Shown here: positions 16,547 through 25,603 of the stretch, piece by piece
How positions within the stretch are numbered: the first letter of the stretch is position 1
Layout of the letters: each line of letters starts with the position of its first letter
From: an uncultured Neomegalonema sp.
GTDB taxonomy: Bacteria; Pseudomonadota; Alphaproteobacteria; Rhodobacterales; Rhodobacteraceae
NCBI GenBank assembly: GCA_937927905.1
Contig: CALFWP010000122.1
Coordinates: 1 to 37,624, forward strand
Length of the DNA stretch: 37,624 nt
Reading direction: 5' to 3'
Position numbers and translations under genes: made by a program
The notes under the pieces: generated by a model
The model's database searches: none
What the model was told of the DNA's origin: nothing
What the model saw: the letters and a program-made list of their open reading frames with translations, nothing else

Positions 16547-17041
16547 TCACCATAACTTTTCCGGTTTTTTTGTATGAACAGTTTCCAGTATCCGGCGCAT
16601 TGTTCCGGGGTCAGTATCATCCGGCAAATTGTTAAAATCAAAATAGGCGGCTTCAGCTATTTCTAAAGTGAATCGCTTTTGGCATATGTCCCCTTCGACG
16701 TCACAATGATATGCAAGCACATGGTCCCGCTTGCTGGCTATTTTATTGTAAAATACACCATGGAGCTTGGGGGGAGCCGACAGTTCCAGGCCTGTTTCCT
16801 GGCGCAGCTCTCTACCTAAAGCCTGTTCACAGGTTTCCCCTTTCTCAACCCCACCCCCCGGAAAGTGCCACCCTGGTGTGTAAGTGTGACGCACAAGAAG
16901 GAATTTGGTTTCATCCGACTGTACAATCGCACGAACACCGATGGTCAAACCACGCGACACAAAAAAATAAGCATGAAATAACCGGTTCAGCATAGCTCGA
17001 CCCAGTTGCACTGCACTGTTTTGCCTCCAGATAAACGCCAT
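16547..17041 (-). CDS. NUDIX hydrolase
   Basis: Nudix box GGGVEKGETCEQALGRELRQETGLEL, 164 aa. Confidence 0.85.
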   Translation of the reverse strand: MAFIWRQNSAVQLGRAMLNRLFHAYFFVSRGLTIGVRAIVQSDETKFLLVRHTYTPGWHFPGGGVEKGETCEQALGRELRQETGLELSAPPKLHGVFYNKIASKRDHVLAYHCDVEGDICQKRFTLEIAEAAYFDFNNLPDDTDPGTMRRILETVHTKKPEKLW

Positions 17042-17079
17042 GCGAGGCGATTTCCAAACATCTCCAGCGCTGATCCGGA

Positions 17080-18999
17080 TTAAGATTCAATGGCGGAACG
17101 CCACAATAAATCGGATACGTCATCATTCGCCGGGGCATATTCTATCGGTAAGTCTCCAAGGATTGTCATGATCTCAGAAAAGTCAAATTTTTCACAGGCT
17201 TGCCGGAGGCGGTCCAGCATGACGAGCAGTTCGGATTCTTCAAGATATACTTCTGACGCCGTCCAGATACGGGTATGGCGTGTGCTGGACGGATTATTGC
17301 CGATCAAAAGCTCTTCGTAAAGTTTCTCACCCTTACGCAAGCCTGTAATACAAACCGGAATGTCGCCATTCTCGGCATCCGATTGATCAGAATTCGCGGC
17401 CAGATACGGTTTCAAGCCGTGGTATTTGACCATACTCATGGCCAAATCCACGATTTTTACCGGCTCGCCCATATCAAGAACGAAAACATCCCCGCCTTTG
17501 CCAAGCGCCCCAGCCTGAATGACCAGTTGTGCCGCCTCACAGATAGTCATGAAATATCGTGTGATATCCTTATGGGTAACAGTAACAGGGCCGCCGCTTT
17601 TAATCTGTGCGGTGAAACGCGGTATAACGGATCCGGAGGACCCGAGGACGTTGCCGAAGCGGACCATAGAGTACACTGTACCGGGTGTTTTTTGTGCCTG
17701 ACATATGAGTTCAGCGATACGTTTGGTCGCTCCCATAATATTTGTCGGCCGAACCGCCTTATCGGTCGATATCAAAATAAAGTTTTCGACATTGAGTTTC
17801 GCAGCAGCCGTCACAATGGCGGCGGTTCCGAACACATTGTTCTGAATGCCCTCAATCACATTTTCCTCAACCAAAGGAACGTGCTTATAAGCAGCTGCAT
17901 GATAGATCGTCTGAACACCGAATGTTTTTATGATCGTTTCCAGTCTCCGGCTGTCCCGCACCGATCCCATTGCAGGAACAACTCTGGTTTTGATACCCAA
18001 GCGCTGTGCGGTGGCAGAAAGCTCCTGTTCGATCTGATACAATGCGTATTCGGAGATTTCGTACAGTATCAAAATTTCAGGATTCTGGTTCATAACCTGA
18101 CGACAAAGTTCACTACCGATAGAGCCGCCGGCACCGGAAACCATGACAACTTTGCCTGTAATATTCTTACCGAGCAATTCAGGGTCAGGTGGTATCGGAT
18201 CGCGTCCTAAGAGATCTTCCGCCGACACCGCACGCAGCTCAGATACCAGTGTTCTTCCGCTTATGATATCCGACATATCAGGAATTGTTTTGATCTCGAG
18301 ATGCAAATCCTCAAGTGCGCTTACAATTTGCCGTCTGCGCACACGACTAAGCTCAGGATCTGCGAGCAAAACAACGCGCGCTCCCGTTTTCTGAACAAGA
18401 TCCGGTATTTTTTGAGGCGAAAAGACAGTCAGTCCTGCAACTCTCAAATCCTGCAAATCCGTATTATCATCAACAAGTGCTACAGGTTCGTACTCGTAAC
18501 CGTGAAACAATGAGTTCAAAAGCTGTAAGCCGGAGTCTTCCGCTCCGTAAATGATAACCGGTTGCCTTTTCAAATGATTCAGGCTGCGAAAAAAGGTGCG
18601 GATTATAAACCGCGAGCCGCCAACGGATAAAAAAGTCAAAACAAGATACAGTAGAGGAATTGATACTGAAATATCAACACCCAGGGCAAGGCCGAGCCCG
18701 TACAGCACACCCGCAGAAATCAGTGCTCCCTTACCTATAATGATAAGGATTTTTCCGGTTATAAACCGAACAAGTGCACGGTAAAGACCTGAAAAATAAA
18801 AAAGAATTAACGTCTGAGAAACACTGAAAAATGCAACGGCCCATACTTTTGACTGAGCGAGTAGAGCCGTGCTCCCAGAATGCAGAAGTATGGCAAAAAT
18901 CAGTGAAAAAGAAACCAAAATAAAATCCAACCCGAGTTGAATCGCGACTTTATTCCGCCGGTTCATAGCCAAAAAATAGTTCGGCAAAAATATCATCAA
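17080..18999 (-). CDS. membrane-anchored polysaccharide biosynthesis protein, PglF/WbpM/CapD-type NDP-sugar 4,6-dehydratase
   Basis: 639 aa. It has an N-terminal block of about 4 TM helices, a linker Rossmann region, then VMVSGAGGSIGSELCRQV and the SDR dehydratase core (STDKAV, YxxxK region MGATKR). Confidence 0.85.
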   Translation of the reverse strand: MMIFLPNYFLAMNRRNKVAIQLGLDFILVSFSLIFAILLHSGSTALLAQSKVWAVAFFSVSQTLILFYFSGLYRALVRFITGKILIIIGKGALISAGVLYGLGLALGVDISVSIPLLYLVLTFLSVGGSRFIIRTFFRSLNHLKRQPVIIYGAEDSGLQLLNSLFHGYEYEPVALVDDNTDLQDLRVAGLTVFSPQKIPDLVQKTGARVVLLADPELSRVRRRQIVSALEDLHLEIKTIPDMSDIISGRTLVSELRAVSAEDLLGRDPIPPDPELLGKNITGKVVMVSGAGGSIGSELCRQVMNQNPEILILYEISEYALYQIEQELSATAQRLGIKTRVVPAMGSVRDSRRLETIIKTFGVQTIYHAAAYKHVPLVEENVIEGIQNNVFGTAAIVTAAAKLNVENFILISTDKAVRPTNIMGATKRIAELICQAQKTPGTVYSMVRFGNVLGSSGSVIPRFTAQIKSGGPVTVTHKDITRYFMTICEAAQLVIQAGALGKGGDVFVLDMGEPVKIVDLAMSMVKYHGLKPYLAANSDQSDAENGDIPVCITGLRKGEKLYEELLIGNNPSSTRHTRIWTASEVYLEESELLVMLDRLRQACEKFDFSEIMTILGDLPIEYAPANDDVSDLLWRSAIES

Positions 19000-19106
19000 A
19001 ATAACTCAGGATAAATTGTTAACAAAAATTTAACTGCATGTGTAACCGGATGCAAATACATAAATTAATCCGGTCATGGGTTGAAATTACAGTCTCGGAA
19101 TCCGGC

Positions 19107-19430
19107 TTAGGCGGCGTGGACGGATTTGATCAAGATGAAGACTGCTGCGAGGGCGGCGAATGCGCGGAAGTTCCGGGCGGTTTTCTTGCAGCGTAGGGCG
19201 ATGCGCTTGAAGCGTTTGAGCTTTCCGACGGCCTACTCGATGCGGGCACGGCCTTTGTAGAGTGCTTGCGCGAAACGCTTTGGGATGGCCTTTCGGTTCT
19301 TGCGATACGGGATCACCGGCACCGCCCCGCTTTTGCGGGCAAGATCACGATTGGCGGCGCTGTCATATCCCTTGTCGGCGACGACCGCAGGGGGCGTGAT
19401 GCCTGGGCCTGATCCCCATATTCTTCCCAG
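19107..19430 (-). pseudogene. IS5-family transposase, C-terminal fragment with an internal stop
   Basis: Own minus-strand translation: ...AVVADKGYDSAANRDLARKSGAVPVIPYRKNRKAIPKRFAQALYKGRARIE*AVGKLKRFKRIALRCKKTARNFRAFAALAAVFILIKSVHAA*. This is the typical DDE_Tnp_1 C-terminus. There is an in-frame TAG at 19233-19235, and no N-terminal two thirds of the gene is present. Confidence 0.8.
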
Positions 19431-19663
19431 CTATTGCTGCATGTCGGCCACTGGCCAAAACAAGCAAAACGAAATTTAGGTTCAAAATTTCCTGTATTTG
19501 ACTTAATAGCGTATTACGGGAGAAATAATGCAATACATACAGACTTTAAATTACCATTCGCCAAGTTTTCCTCAATGTAGTAAAATGTAATAATCGTTGA
19601 TTTGGTTTAGCTGCGCCGGAATGCTAACAACTCCGCAAATTACAGCAAAATTTTGAGGCCCCG

Positions 19664-20584
19664 ATGCAGAATACATTGGCCCGTCCCGTCCATATGACAG
19701 GGATAGGTGTTCATCGTGGTGTGACAGCAAATATTCGAATTCTACCTGCTGATCCCGGGCACGGCATTTTATTCAAGCGCACCGATATAACCGGTACGGA
19801 GAACATTGTTCATGCAAAATACGACCTTGTAACAGATACTGCGCTTTGCACCACGATCAGTAACTCCAAGGGCGTTTCGATATCGACAATCGAACATTTA
19901 ATGGCTGCGCTCGCAGGATGCGGTGTTGATAATGTTGTTGTAGAGCTTGACGGCCCCGAAATTCCAATCATGGACGGCAGCTCAGGGCCCTTTGTCAAAG
20001 AAATCCTATCCGCAGGGATCGTTGCACAGGGCAAACCTCTCAGGGTTCTGAAGATTTTATCACCGGTTTCCGTTGAACATGAAGGCCGCACCGCCGCACT
20101 CTACCCTTCGGAAACATTTGAAATCGAATTCAGGATTGATTTCAGAGATGCTGCAATCGGAAAACAAGTCCGCTCTGACAGGTTCGCCGATGACAGTTTT
20201 ATCCGCAATTATGCTGACGCGCGGACTTTCGGCCGCCTGGAAGATGTTGAAAAGCTACGCTCACTCGGATTCGCCAAGGGCGGATCGCTAGAAAATGCTG
20301 TTGTCGTCGATGGCGCCATGGTCCTCAATAAGGGTGGATTACGATACGGCGATGAATTTGTAAGGCACAAAATGCTCGACGCTGTCGGGGATCTCGCGCT
20401 TGCCGGTTCACCGGTGATCGGGAAGTATACCGGCGTAAAATCGGGGCATGACATGACGAATCGCCTGCTCCATAAACTTTTTGCGACACATGGTGCCTGG
20501 CGTTACGGAACCGTGAATAAGCGAACGGGGATTTTGCCGGATTACAGCAATAAATACGTTCACAATGAAGCAATCGTAGCATAA
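19664..20584 (+). CDS. lpxC: UDP-3-O-acyl-N-acetylglucosamine deacetylase
   Basis: GIGVHRG...ILFKRTD...TTISNSKGVSISTIEHLMAALAGCGVDNVVVELDGPEIPIMDGSSGPFV, HKMLDAVGDL, 306 aa. Confidence 0.93.
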   Translation: MQNTLARPVHMTGIGVHRGVTANIRILPADPGHGILFKRTDITGTENIVHAKYDLVTDTALCTTISNSKGVSISTIEHLMAALAGCGVDNVVVELDGPEIPIMDGSSGPFVKEILSAGIVAQGKPLRVLKILSPVSVEHEGRTAALYPSETFEIEFRIDFRDAAIGKQVRSDRFADDSFIRNYADARTFGRLEDVEKLRSLGFAKGGSLENAVVVDGAMVLNKGGLRYGDEFVRHKMLDAVGDLALAGSPVIGKYTGVKSGHDMTNRLLHKLFATHGAWRYGTVNKRTGILPDYSNKYVHNEAIVA

Positions 20585-20605
20585 TTGTAACGCTTTAAAG
20601 ACATA

Positions 20606-20620
20606 GAACTTCTTGAGAAC
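20606..20620. promoter_or_regulatory. perfect alphaproteobacterial LexA (SOS) box, GAAC-N7-GAAC
   Basis: GAACTTCTTGAGAAC read directly, about 95 nt upstream of the bamD start. recN follows bamD after a 3-nt gap. Confidence 0.6.
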
Positions 20621-20714
20621 AAATTGCATCCGCATACTTGGAATTTGACATCTGCGCGGATATAAACATGAAAATACAGCAAGCTGGTTTTCCCGCATGA
20701 GTTTGGAGAGAGTG

Positions 20715-21575
20715 ATGTCGATTGGTAATATCCGGAATTCTGTCCGTGCAACCGTAACCTGCCTCAGCCTTATGGCCCTTTCAGCATGTGGCGGATCAAC
20801 CGGGACTCTGTTCGGTGAAAGCAAACCGCCGATCGAAACGCAATCCCCGCAGGATATTTTTGCAGATGCGCAAAAAGAGCTGGCAAAGAAAAATCACCGC
20901 CGCGCCGCTAAGATGTTCGATGAACTGGAGCGCCTGCATCCCTACTCCGATTTATCGAAAAAGGCGATGCTGCTGTCGGCATATTCCTCATATGAAGCTG
21001 CGGAATATGATGATGCGGTTACATCCGCACAGCGTTATGTCGGATTTTTCCCAAGCGATGACCAGACCGATTACGCACGTTACATCGTAGCACAAAGCTA
21101 TTATGAGCAAATTGTCGATGTCGGCCGGGATCAGGGTATTACCGAGGATGCACTCTCCGCATTCCGTGAACTTGTGGCCCGGCATCCTGACAGTGATTAT
21201 GTCGATGATGCACGTTTAAAAATGGATACGGCGCTTGATCAGTTGTCCGGCAAGGAAATGACGATCGGTCGATATTACCTTAAGCGCGGTGATTATCTTG
21301 CCGCCATCAACCGGTTCCAAACCGTCGTTAAGCAATATGACACAACATCACATGTACAGGAGGCCCTCCACCGTCTGGTAGAGGCCAATCTTGCGCTCGG
21401 TCTGGTTGGAGAAGCCAAGTCTGCCGGTGCTGTTTTGGGACATAATTACCCCGGATCCGAATGGTATGCAAACAGCTATGCAATGCTTACGGAAAGCGGT
21501 GCCGTTGTCGGCGGCGATAAAGACGCCTGGTACAAGCGTGCATATCGTCAGGTAATCAAAGGCGAGTGGCTCTGA
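20715..21575 (+). CDS. bamD: outer membrane protein assembly factor BamD (lipoprotein, TPR)
   Basis: Lipobox LSACGG, TPR-like repeats (YSSYEAAEYDDAV, YARYIVAQSYYEQI, RYYLKRGDYLAAINRF), in the lpxC-bamD-recN order. The ATG at 20715 follows GGAGAGAG; an alternative ATG lies at 20697. Confidence 0.88.
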   Translation: MSIGNIRNSVRATVTCLSLMALSACGGSTGTLFGESKPPIETQSPQDIFADAQKELAKKNHRRAAKMFDELERLHPYSDLSKKAMLLSAYSSYEAAEYDDAVTSAQRYVGFFPSDDQTDYARYIVAQSYYEQIVDVGRDQGITEDALSAFRELVARHPDSDYVDDARLKMDTALDQLSGKEMTIGRYYLKRGDYLAAINRFQTVVKQYDTTSHVQEALHRLVEANLALGLVGEAKSAGAVLGHNYPGSEWYANSYAMLTESGAVVGGDKDAWYKRAYRQVIKGEWL

Positions 21576-21578
21576 CAT

Positions 21579-23264
21579 ATGCTGCGCCGTCTATCGGTTC
21601 GTGACATTGTCCTGATTGACACGCTGGACCTGGAATTTGAACCGGGCCTGGGGGCAATGACCGGTGAAACCGGTGCGGGCAAGTCCATACTGCTTGATGC
21701 ATTGGGTGCCGCGCTCGGGTCGCGTGTTGCGGGCGCTTTGGTGCGGGCCGGGGCCGCTAACGGCACTGCTACAGCTGAATTTGACGTTACGTCCGGCCAT
21801 ACGGCCTGGGACTGGCTGCGGGAGCAGGGCTATGACATCGAGGATGAAACATTAATCCTCCGCCGCGTCATCGGCAAAGAAGGGCGAAGCCGCGCTTTTA
21901 TCAATGATCAGCCTGCAAGTGTTTCCGCCCTTCGGACCCTTGGCTCTATGCTGGTTGAGATACACGGACAATTTGACGACCGCAGCCTGACAAATCCTGC
22001 GGCACACGGCTTTTTGCTGGATGCCTATGCCGGTCTTGATGGCGATGTAACAAAACTGCGCAAGTTGCATGCGGCGTGGCGTAGTGCGGAAAAGGCGCTG
22101 GTGGCAGGGCGTACTGAAATTGAAGATGCCCGTAATGACGCCGAATACGTCCGGCACTCGGTTGAAGAACTGGAAAAACTGGCACCCGAAAATGATGAGG
22201 AAGCCAGACTTGATGCGGAACGCCGTTCCATGCAACGGGCGGTTTCGATTGCCGAAGATGTCGCGAACGCAGCACAGGCTCTTGGCAGCAAAGGAGCAGA
22301 AGGGCGATTGGCCGAGGCGGTGCGCTGGCTGGATACGGCTGCACCGAAGGCGGACGGGCGGCTGGACGCGGCACTTGCCGCACTTGACCGGACAATGTCC
22401 GAAATGTCCGAAGCTATCGGCGAGGTTGATAGCGCGTTAGAGGCATTGTCTGTCGACCCCAATGTCCTGGAACAGATTGAGGAGCGGCTCTTCGCCTTGC
22501 GCGGTCTGGCGCGCAAGCACCGGATGAGTGTCACCGACCTGGCGACATTGCGCACAAAAATGAACGAACGGCTCAGTTTCATCGAGGCCGGTGAAGAACG
22601 GCTGGCGGAACTGGAACAATCGGCGCGGGATGCCCATAGTGCTTACCTGAAAAAAGCCCGTGCGCTAAGCGCGGCGCGGCACAAGGCAGGCGGGGCACTG
22701 GACAAGGCCGTTATGAAGGAGCTGCCGCCGCTGAAACTGGAACGTGCCAAATTCCGCACGGAAATCACAGTCGATGAAAATAATGGAACATCCGACGGAA
22801 TTGACCGTGTTTCCTTTACCGTTGCAACAAATCCCGGCTCGCCCTTCGGAGCAATAGACAAAACCGCATCCGGCGGGGAATTGTCGCGCTTTCTGTTGGC
22901 GCTCAAAGTTTGTCTTGTGAACAATGCAAATGACAAGACGACGATCATCTTTGATGAAATTGATCGCGGCGTCGGCGGTGCAACGGCCGCGGCAATCGGT
23001 ATGAGGCTGCGGCGACTGGGCGATGCGGGTCAGGCTCTGGTTATTACCCACGCGCCTCAGGTTGCGGCGGAGGCCTCCAGACACTGGCGCATTAAAAAGG
23101 CGGTTACGAAACAGGAAGGACAGGACATCACAACCACCCGCGTGGCTGTTTTGTCCGAAAAAGAGCGCGTTGCGGAGCTGGCGCGGATGCTGGCCGGTGA
23201 AACCATCACCAAAGAGGCCCGTGATGCCGCCCGAAGCCTGTTAAAAAAGGTTCCAGCCGCGTAA
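21579..23264 (+). CDS. recN: DNA repair protein RecN
   Basis: MLRRLSVRDIVLIDTLDLEFEPGLGAMTGETGAGKSILLDAL (Walker A), a long coiled coil, and a C-terminal SGGELSRFLLALK plus IFDEIDRGVGG, 561 aa. Confidence 0.93.
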   Translation: MLRRLSVRDIVLIDTLDLEFEPGLGAMTGETGAGKSILLDALGAALGSRVAGALVRAGAANGTATAEFDVTSGHTAWDWLREQGYDIEDETLILRRVIGKEGRSRAFINDQPASVSALRTLGSMLVEIHGQFDDRSLTNPAAHGFLLDAYAGLDGDVTKLRKLHAAWRSAEKALVAGRTEIEDARNDAEYVRHSVEELEKLAPENDEEARLDAERRSMQRAVSIAEDVANAAQALGSKGAEGRLAEAVRWLDTAAPKADGRLDAALAALDRTMSEMSEAIGEVDSALEALSVDPNVLEQIEERLFALRGLARKHRMSVTDLATLRTKMNERLSFIEAGEERLAELEQSARDAHSAYLKKARALSAARHKAGGALDKAVMKELPPLKLERAKFRTEITVDENNGTSDGIDRVSFTVATNPGSPFGAIDKTASGGELSRFLLALKVCLVNNANDKTTIIFDEIDRGVGGATAAAIGMRLRRLGDAGQALVITHAPQVAAEASRHWRIKKAVTKQEGQDITTTRVAVLSEKERVAELARMLAGETITKEARDAARSLLKKVPAA

Positions 23265-23792
23265 CTGCACGCCGAAATCCGTCACCCTGAAAACGGCACG
23301 CCCGCCCCATCCGATTTCCAGTCGCGTAGTATGATCAAGCGGTATTCCGAGAAGATGCGCCGCAAGCACCCGCCACGGTCCGCCATGAGCAACGGCTATG
23401 ACCGTCCGGTCCCGGGGTTGCTTTTGCCACCAGTCAATAGTGCGCGCGGCAACACTGCGCAACGACTCTCCGCCCGGCGGGATGTAACCGGACAGATCAG
23501 TTGCCCATGCGTCCAGCTCCTCGCGGGGTAGATCATCCCAGCACCGCATTTCCCAATCCCCGAAATCCATTTCAACCAACCGCGCATCGGTTTCCACCGG
23601 TCCAAAATATTCGGCCAGGCGCATTGCGCGCTGCATCGGACTGGAGATAATCCGCACATCCGATGGCATCACGGCCCGAAGGCGGGTAACATCGGATGCA
23701 AGGTGCTTCGGGTCGGCCTCAACATCTGTGGACCCGTAACAGGTTCCGTCTGCAACAACAGTTTTCGGATGGCGGATCAGGATCAGATCCAT
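23241..23792 (-). CDS. cobC: histidine phosphatase family protein, probable alpha-ribazole phosphatase
   Basis: N-terminal ILIRHP(K)T...G motif of the phosphoglycerate-mutase-like family and a later AHGG. It is last in a cobT-cobS operon and overlaps the cobS 3' end by 10 nt. Confidence 0.7.
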   Translation of the reverse strand: MDLILIRHPKTVVADGTCYGSTDVEADPKHLASDVTRLRAVMPSDVRIISSPMQRAMRLAEYFGPVETDARLVEMDFGDWEMRCWDDLPREELDAWATDLSGYIPPGGESLRSVAARTIDWWQKQPRDRTVIAVAHGGPWRVLAAHLLGIPLDHTTRLEIGWGGRAVFRVTDFGVQLRGWNLF

Positions 23793-24559
23793 GCACTCAA
23801 CCCCAGTAAAAACGCAATTTCCGTGGCCTGTTGTACAGCGCCCGCAGTGTCCCCTGTCCAGCCGCCGAGTTTTTTACGGAACAGCCGCCGCAGAAACAGT
23901 GTTGCAATGACGGTTGCCGCAACAGCCGCAAACACTGTATCCGCTCCGAATGTGATCGCACCGGCAACAAGCGGGAGCGCAATACTCAGGAATGCTACCG
24001 CAATGGAAAATGTCCCGGCTTGCCCGGTCAGCGGTGGCACCTTTGCACTATCTGCATCGCGGGCATAGGGAAGCGACCAGATTATAACCAGCATTGCACC
24101 GCGGCTGATCATATGCGCCGCGATAAAAACCGGGCCCGCCGTCCGGATAATGTCCGAAGCAAATATATCACCGTAAAATGACACGCGCAGCGCAAATGAT
24201 ATGATCAGTGCAAGCGCGCCATAGGTACCGATTGTGCTGTCTTTCATAATCGCAAGCCGCCGCGCGCGGGTCTGTCCGCCGCCAAGACCATCAGCTGTAT
24301 CGGCCAAGCCGTCCTCATGCAACGCTCCGGTCACCAGTACGCCGCTTCCTATGGCCAGGACCAGCGCAGGCACCAGTTCAAGGCCGCAAAGTTTTGCCAC
24401 AATAAAAACCGCAGCGCAGACAGCCCCCACAACAGCACCCGCAAGCGGAAACCATTTGGCGGCACGGTCCAGCCGGCCCTCCTCCCATCCGGGATCGGGC
24501 ACCGGCAGGCGTGTCAGGAACTGCAGGGCGGACAAAACCGCAAGCCATTCGCGTTTCAT
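23783..24559 (-). CDS. cobS: adenosylcobinamide-GDP ribazoletransferase (cobalamin synthase)
   Basis: ALQFLTRLPVP N-terminal signature, polytopic membrane protein of 258 aa, ATGA overlap with the cobT stop. Confidence 0.88.
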   Translation of the reverse strand: MKREWLAVLSALQFLTRLPVPDPGWEEGRLDRAAKWFPLAGAVVGAVCAAVFIVAKLCGLELVPALVLAIGSGVLVTGALHEDGLADTADGLGGGQTRARRLAIMKDSTIGTYGALALIISFALRVSFYGDIFASDIIRTAGPVFIAAHMISRGAMLVIIWSLPYARDADSAKVPPLTGQAGTFSIAVAFLSIALPLVAGAITFGADTVFAAVAATVIATLFLRRLFRKKLGGWTGDTAGAVQQATEIAFLLGLSAWI

Positions 24560-25584
24560 CGCGGGTAATCGGCCAGATCGGTCAGGATGGCATTGGCCGC
24601 CCGCACCAGAGGGATAGCCAGTGCCGCGCCTGAGCCTTCGCCGAGGCGCAGATTAAGGTCAAGCAAAGGCTCCGCCTGTAAAGCTTGCAGAAGGATTTGC
24701 GCGCCCGGTTCAGCAGATTGATGGGCAAAAACCATCCTCCCGCGCGCTTCCGGTGCGATCCCGCAGGCCAACAGAGCCGCCGCCCCTGCAATAAACCCGT
24801 CCACAATAACAATCCGGTTTTCGGCCGCACCGCCGAGCATAAAGCCGCACATCATGGCAATCTCGAATCCGCCGAATTCCGTCAGCACATCAAAAGGACC
24901 GGTTGCATCCGTGCGTAACGCCGCCTTTTCCAGCACCGCCCGTTTCCGGTCCAGTCCGGCATCATCAAGACCGGCGCCGCGTCCTGTCACTTCCGCTAGG
25001 TCATAACCCGTCAGGCGATGGATAATCAGGCTTGCGGCGGCGGTATTCCCGATGCCCATTTCGCCGGGTGCCAGAATATCATACCCGTCCGCAACGGCAT
25101 CCCTGGCCAGTGCAATGCCCTTCTGCAAGGCCGCCCTGCACTGGGTGCGGGTCATAGCCGGTTCAAGTGCGGCGTTCCGCGTGCCCGCTGCGATACGGGC
25201 ATCCGTAAATCCCGGACCGAGTGTAACAGGGAATGCAACACCTGCATCCACGACATGCAGATCCGCTCCGGCAATATGTGAAAAGGCGGATATTGTGGCA
25301 CCGCCGGCAATGAAATTCTGTACCATTGCCGCTGTGACGTCCTGCGGATGGGATGAGACGCCCTCGACGGTAATGCCGTGGTCACCCGCAAAAATCACGG
25401 ATAGTGCTTTGCCGAGCCTGGGTTTAAGCGCACCGCGTATCAGGCCAATCCGGATGGCCAGATCTTCAAGCCGCCCCAGCGATCCGACAGGTTTTGCCTT
25501 TTCATCGAGCAATGTCTGCAGTTCCGGCTTCAATTTAGTATCCAGCGGCGCAATGTCGATTATAGCGCTTTCTGCGCGTGTCAT
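24556..25584 (-). CDS. cobT: nicotinate-nucleotide--dimethylbenzimidazole phosphoribosyltransferase
   Basis: KPVGSLGRLEDLAIRIG, FAGDHGITVEGVSSHPQDVTAAMVQNFIAGGATIS, GEMGIGNT, 342 aa. Confidence 0.9.
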   Translation of the reverse strand: MTRAESAIIDIAPLDTKLKPELQTLLDEKAKPVGSLGRLEDLAIRIGLIRGALKPRLGKALSVIFAGDHGITVEGVSSHPQDVTAAMVQNFIAGGATISAFSHIAGADLHVVDAGVAFPVTLGPGFTDARIAAGTRNAALEPAMTRTQCRAALQKGIALARDAVADGYDILAPGEMGIGNTAAASLIIHRLTGYDLAEVTGRGAGLDDAGLDRKRAVLEKAALRTDATGPFDVLTEFGGFEIAMMCGFMLGGAAENRIVIVDGFIAGAAALLACGIAPEARGRMVFAHQSAEPGAQILLQALQAEPLLDLNLRLGEGSGAALAIPLVRAANAILTDLADYPR

Positions 25585-25603
25585 GTCCGCTCTCCCGAAG
25601 GCA

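Noticed and set aside
17275-18210. 311-aa ORF on the plus strand
   Set aside because: It is antisense to the PglF/CapD-type gene, which has clear Rossmann and SDR motifs.
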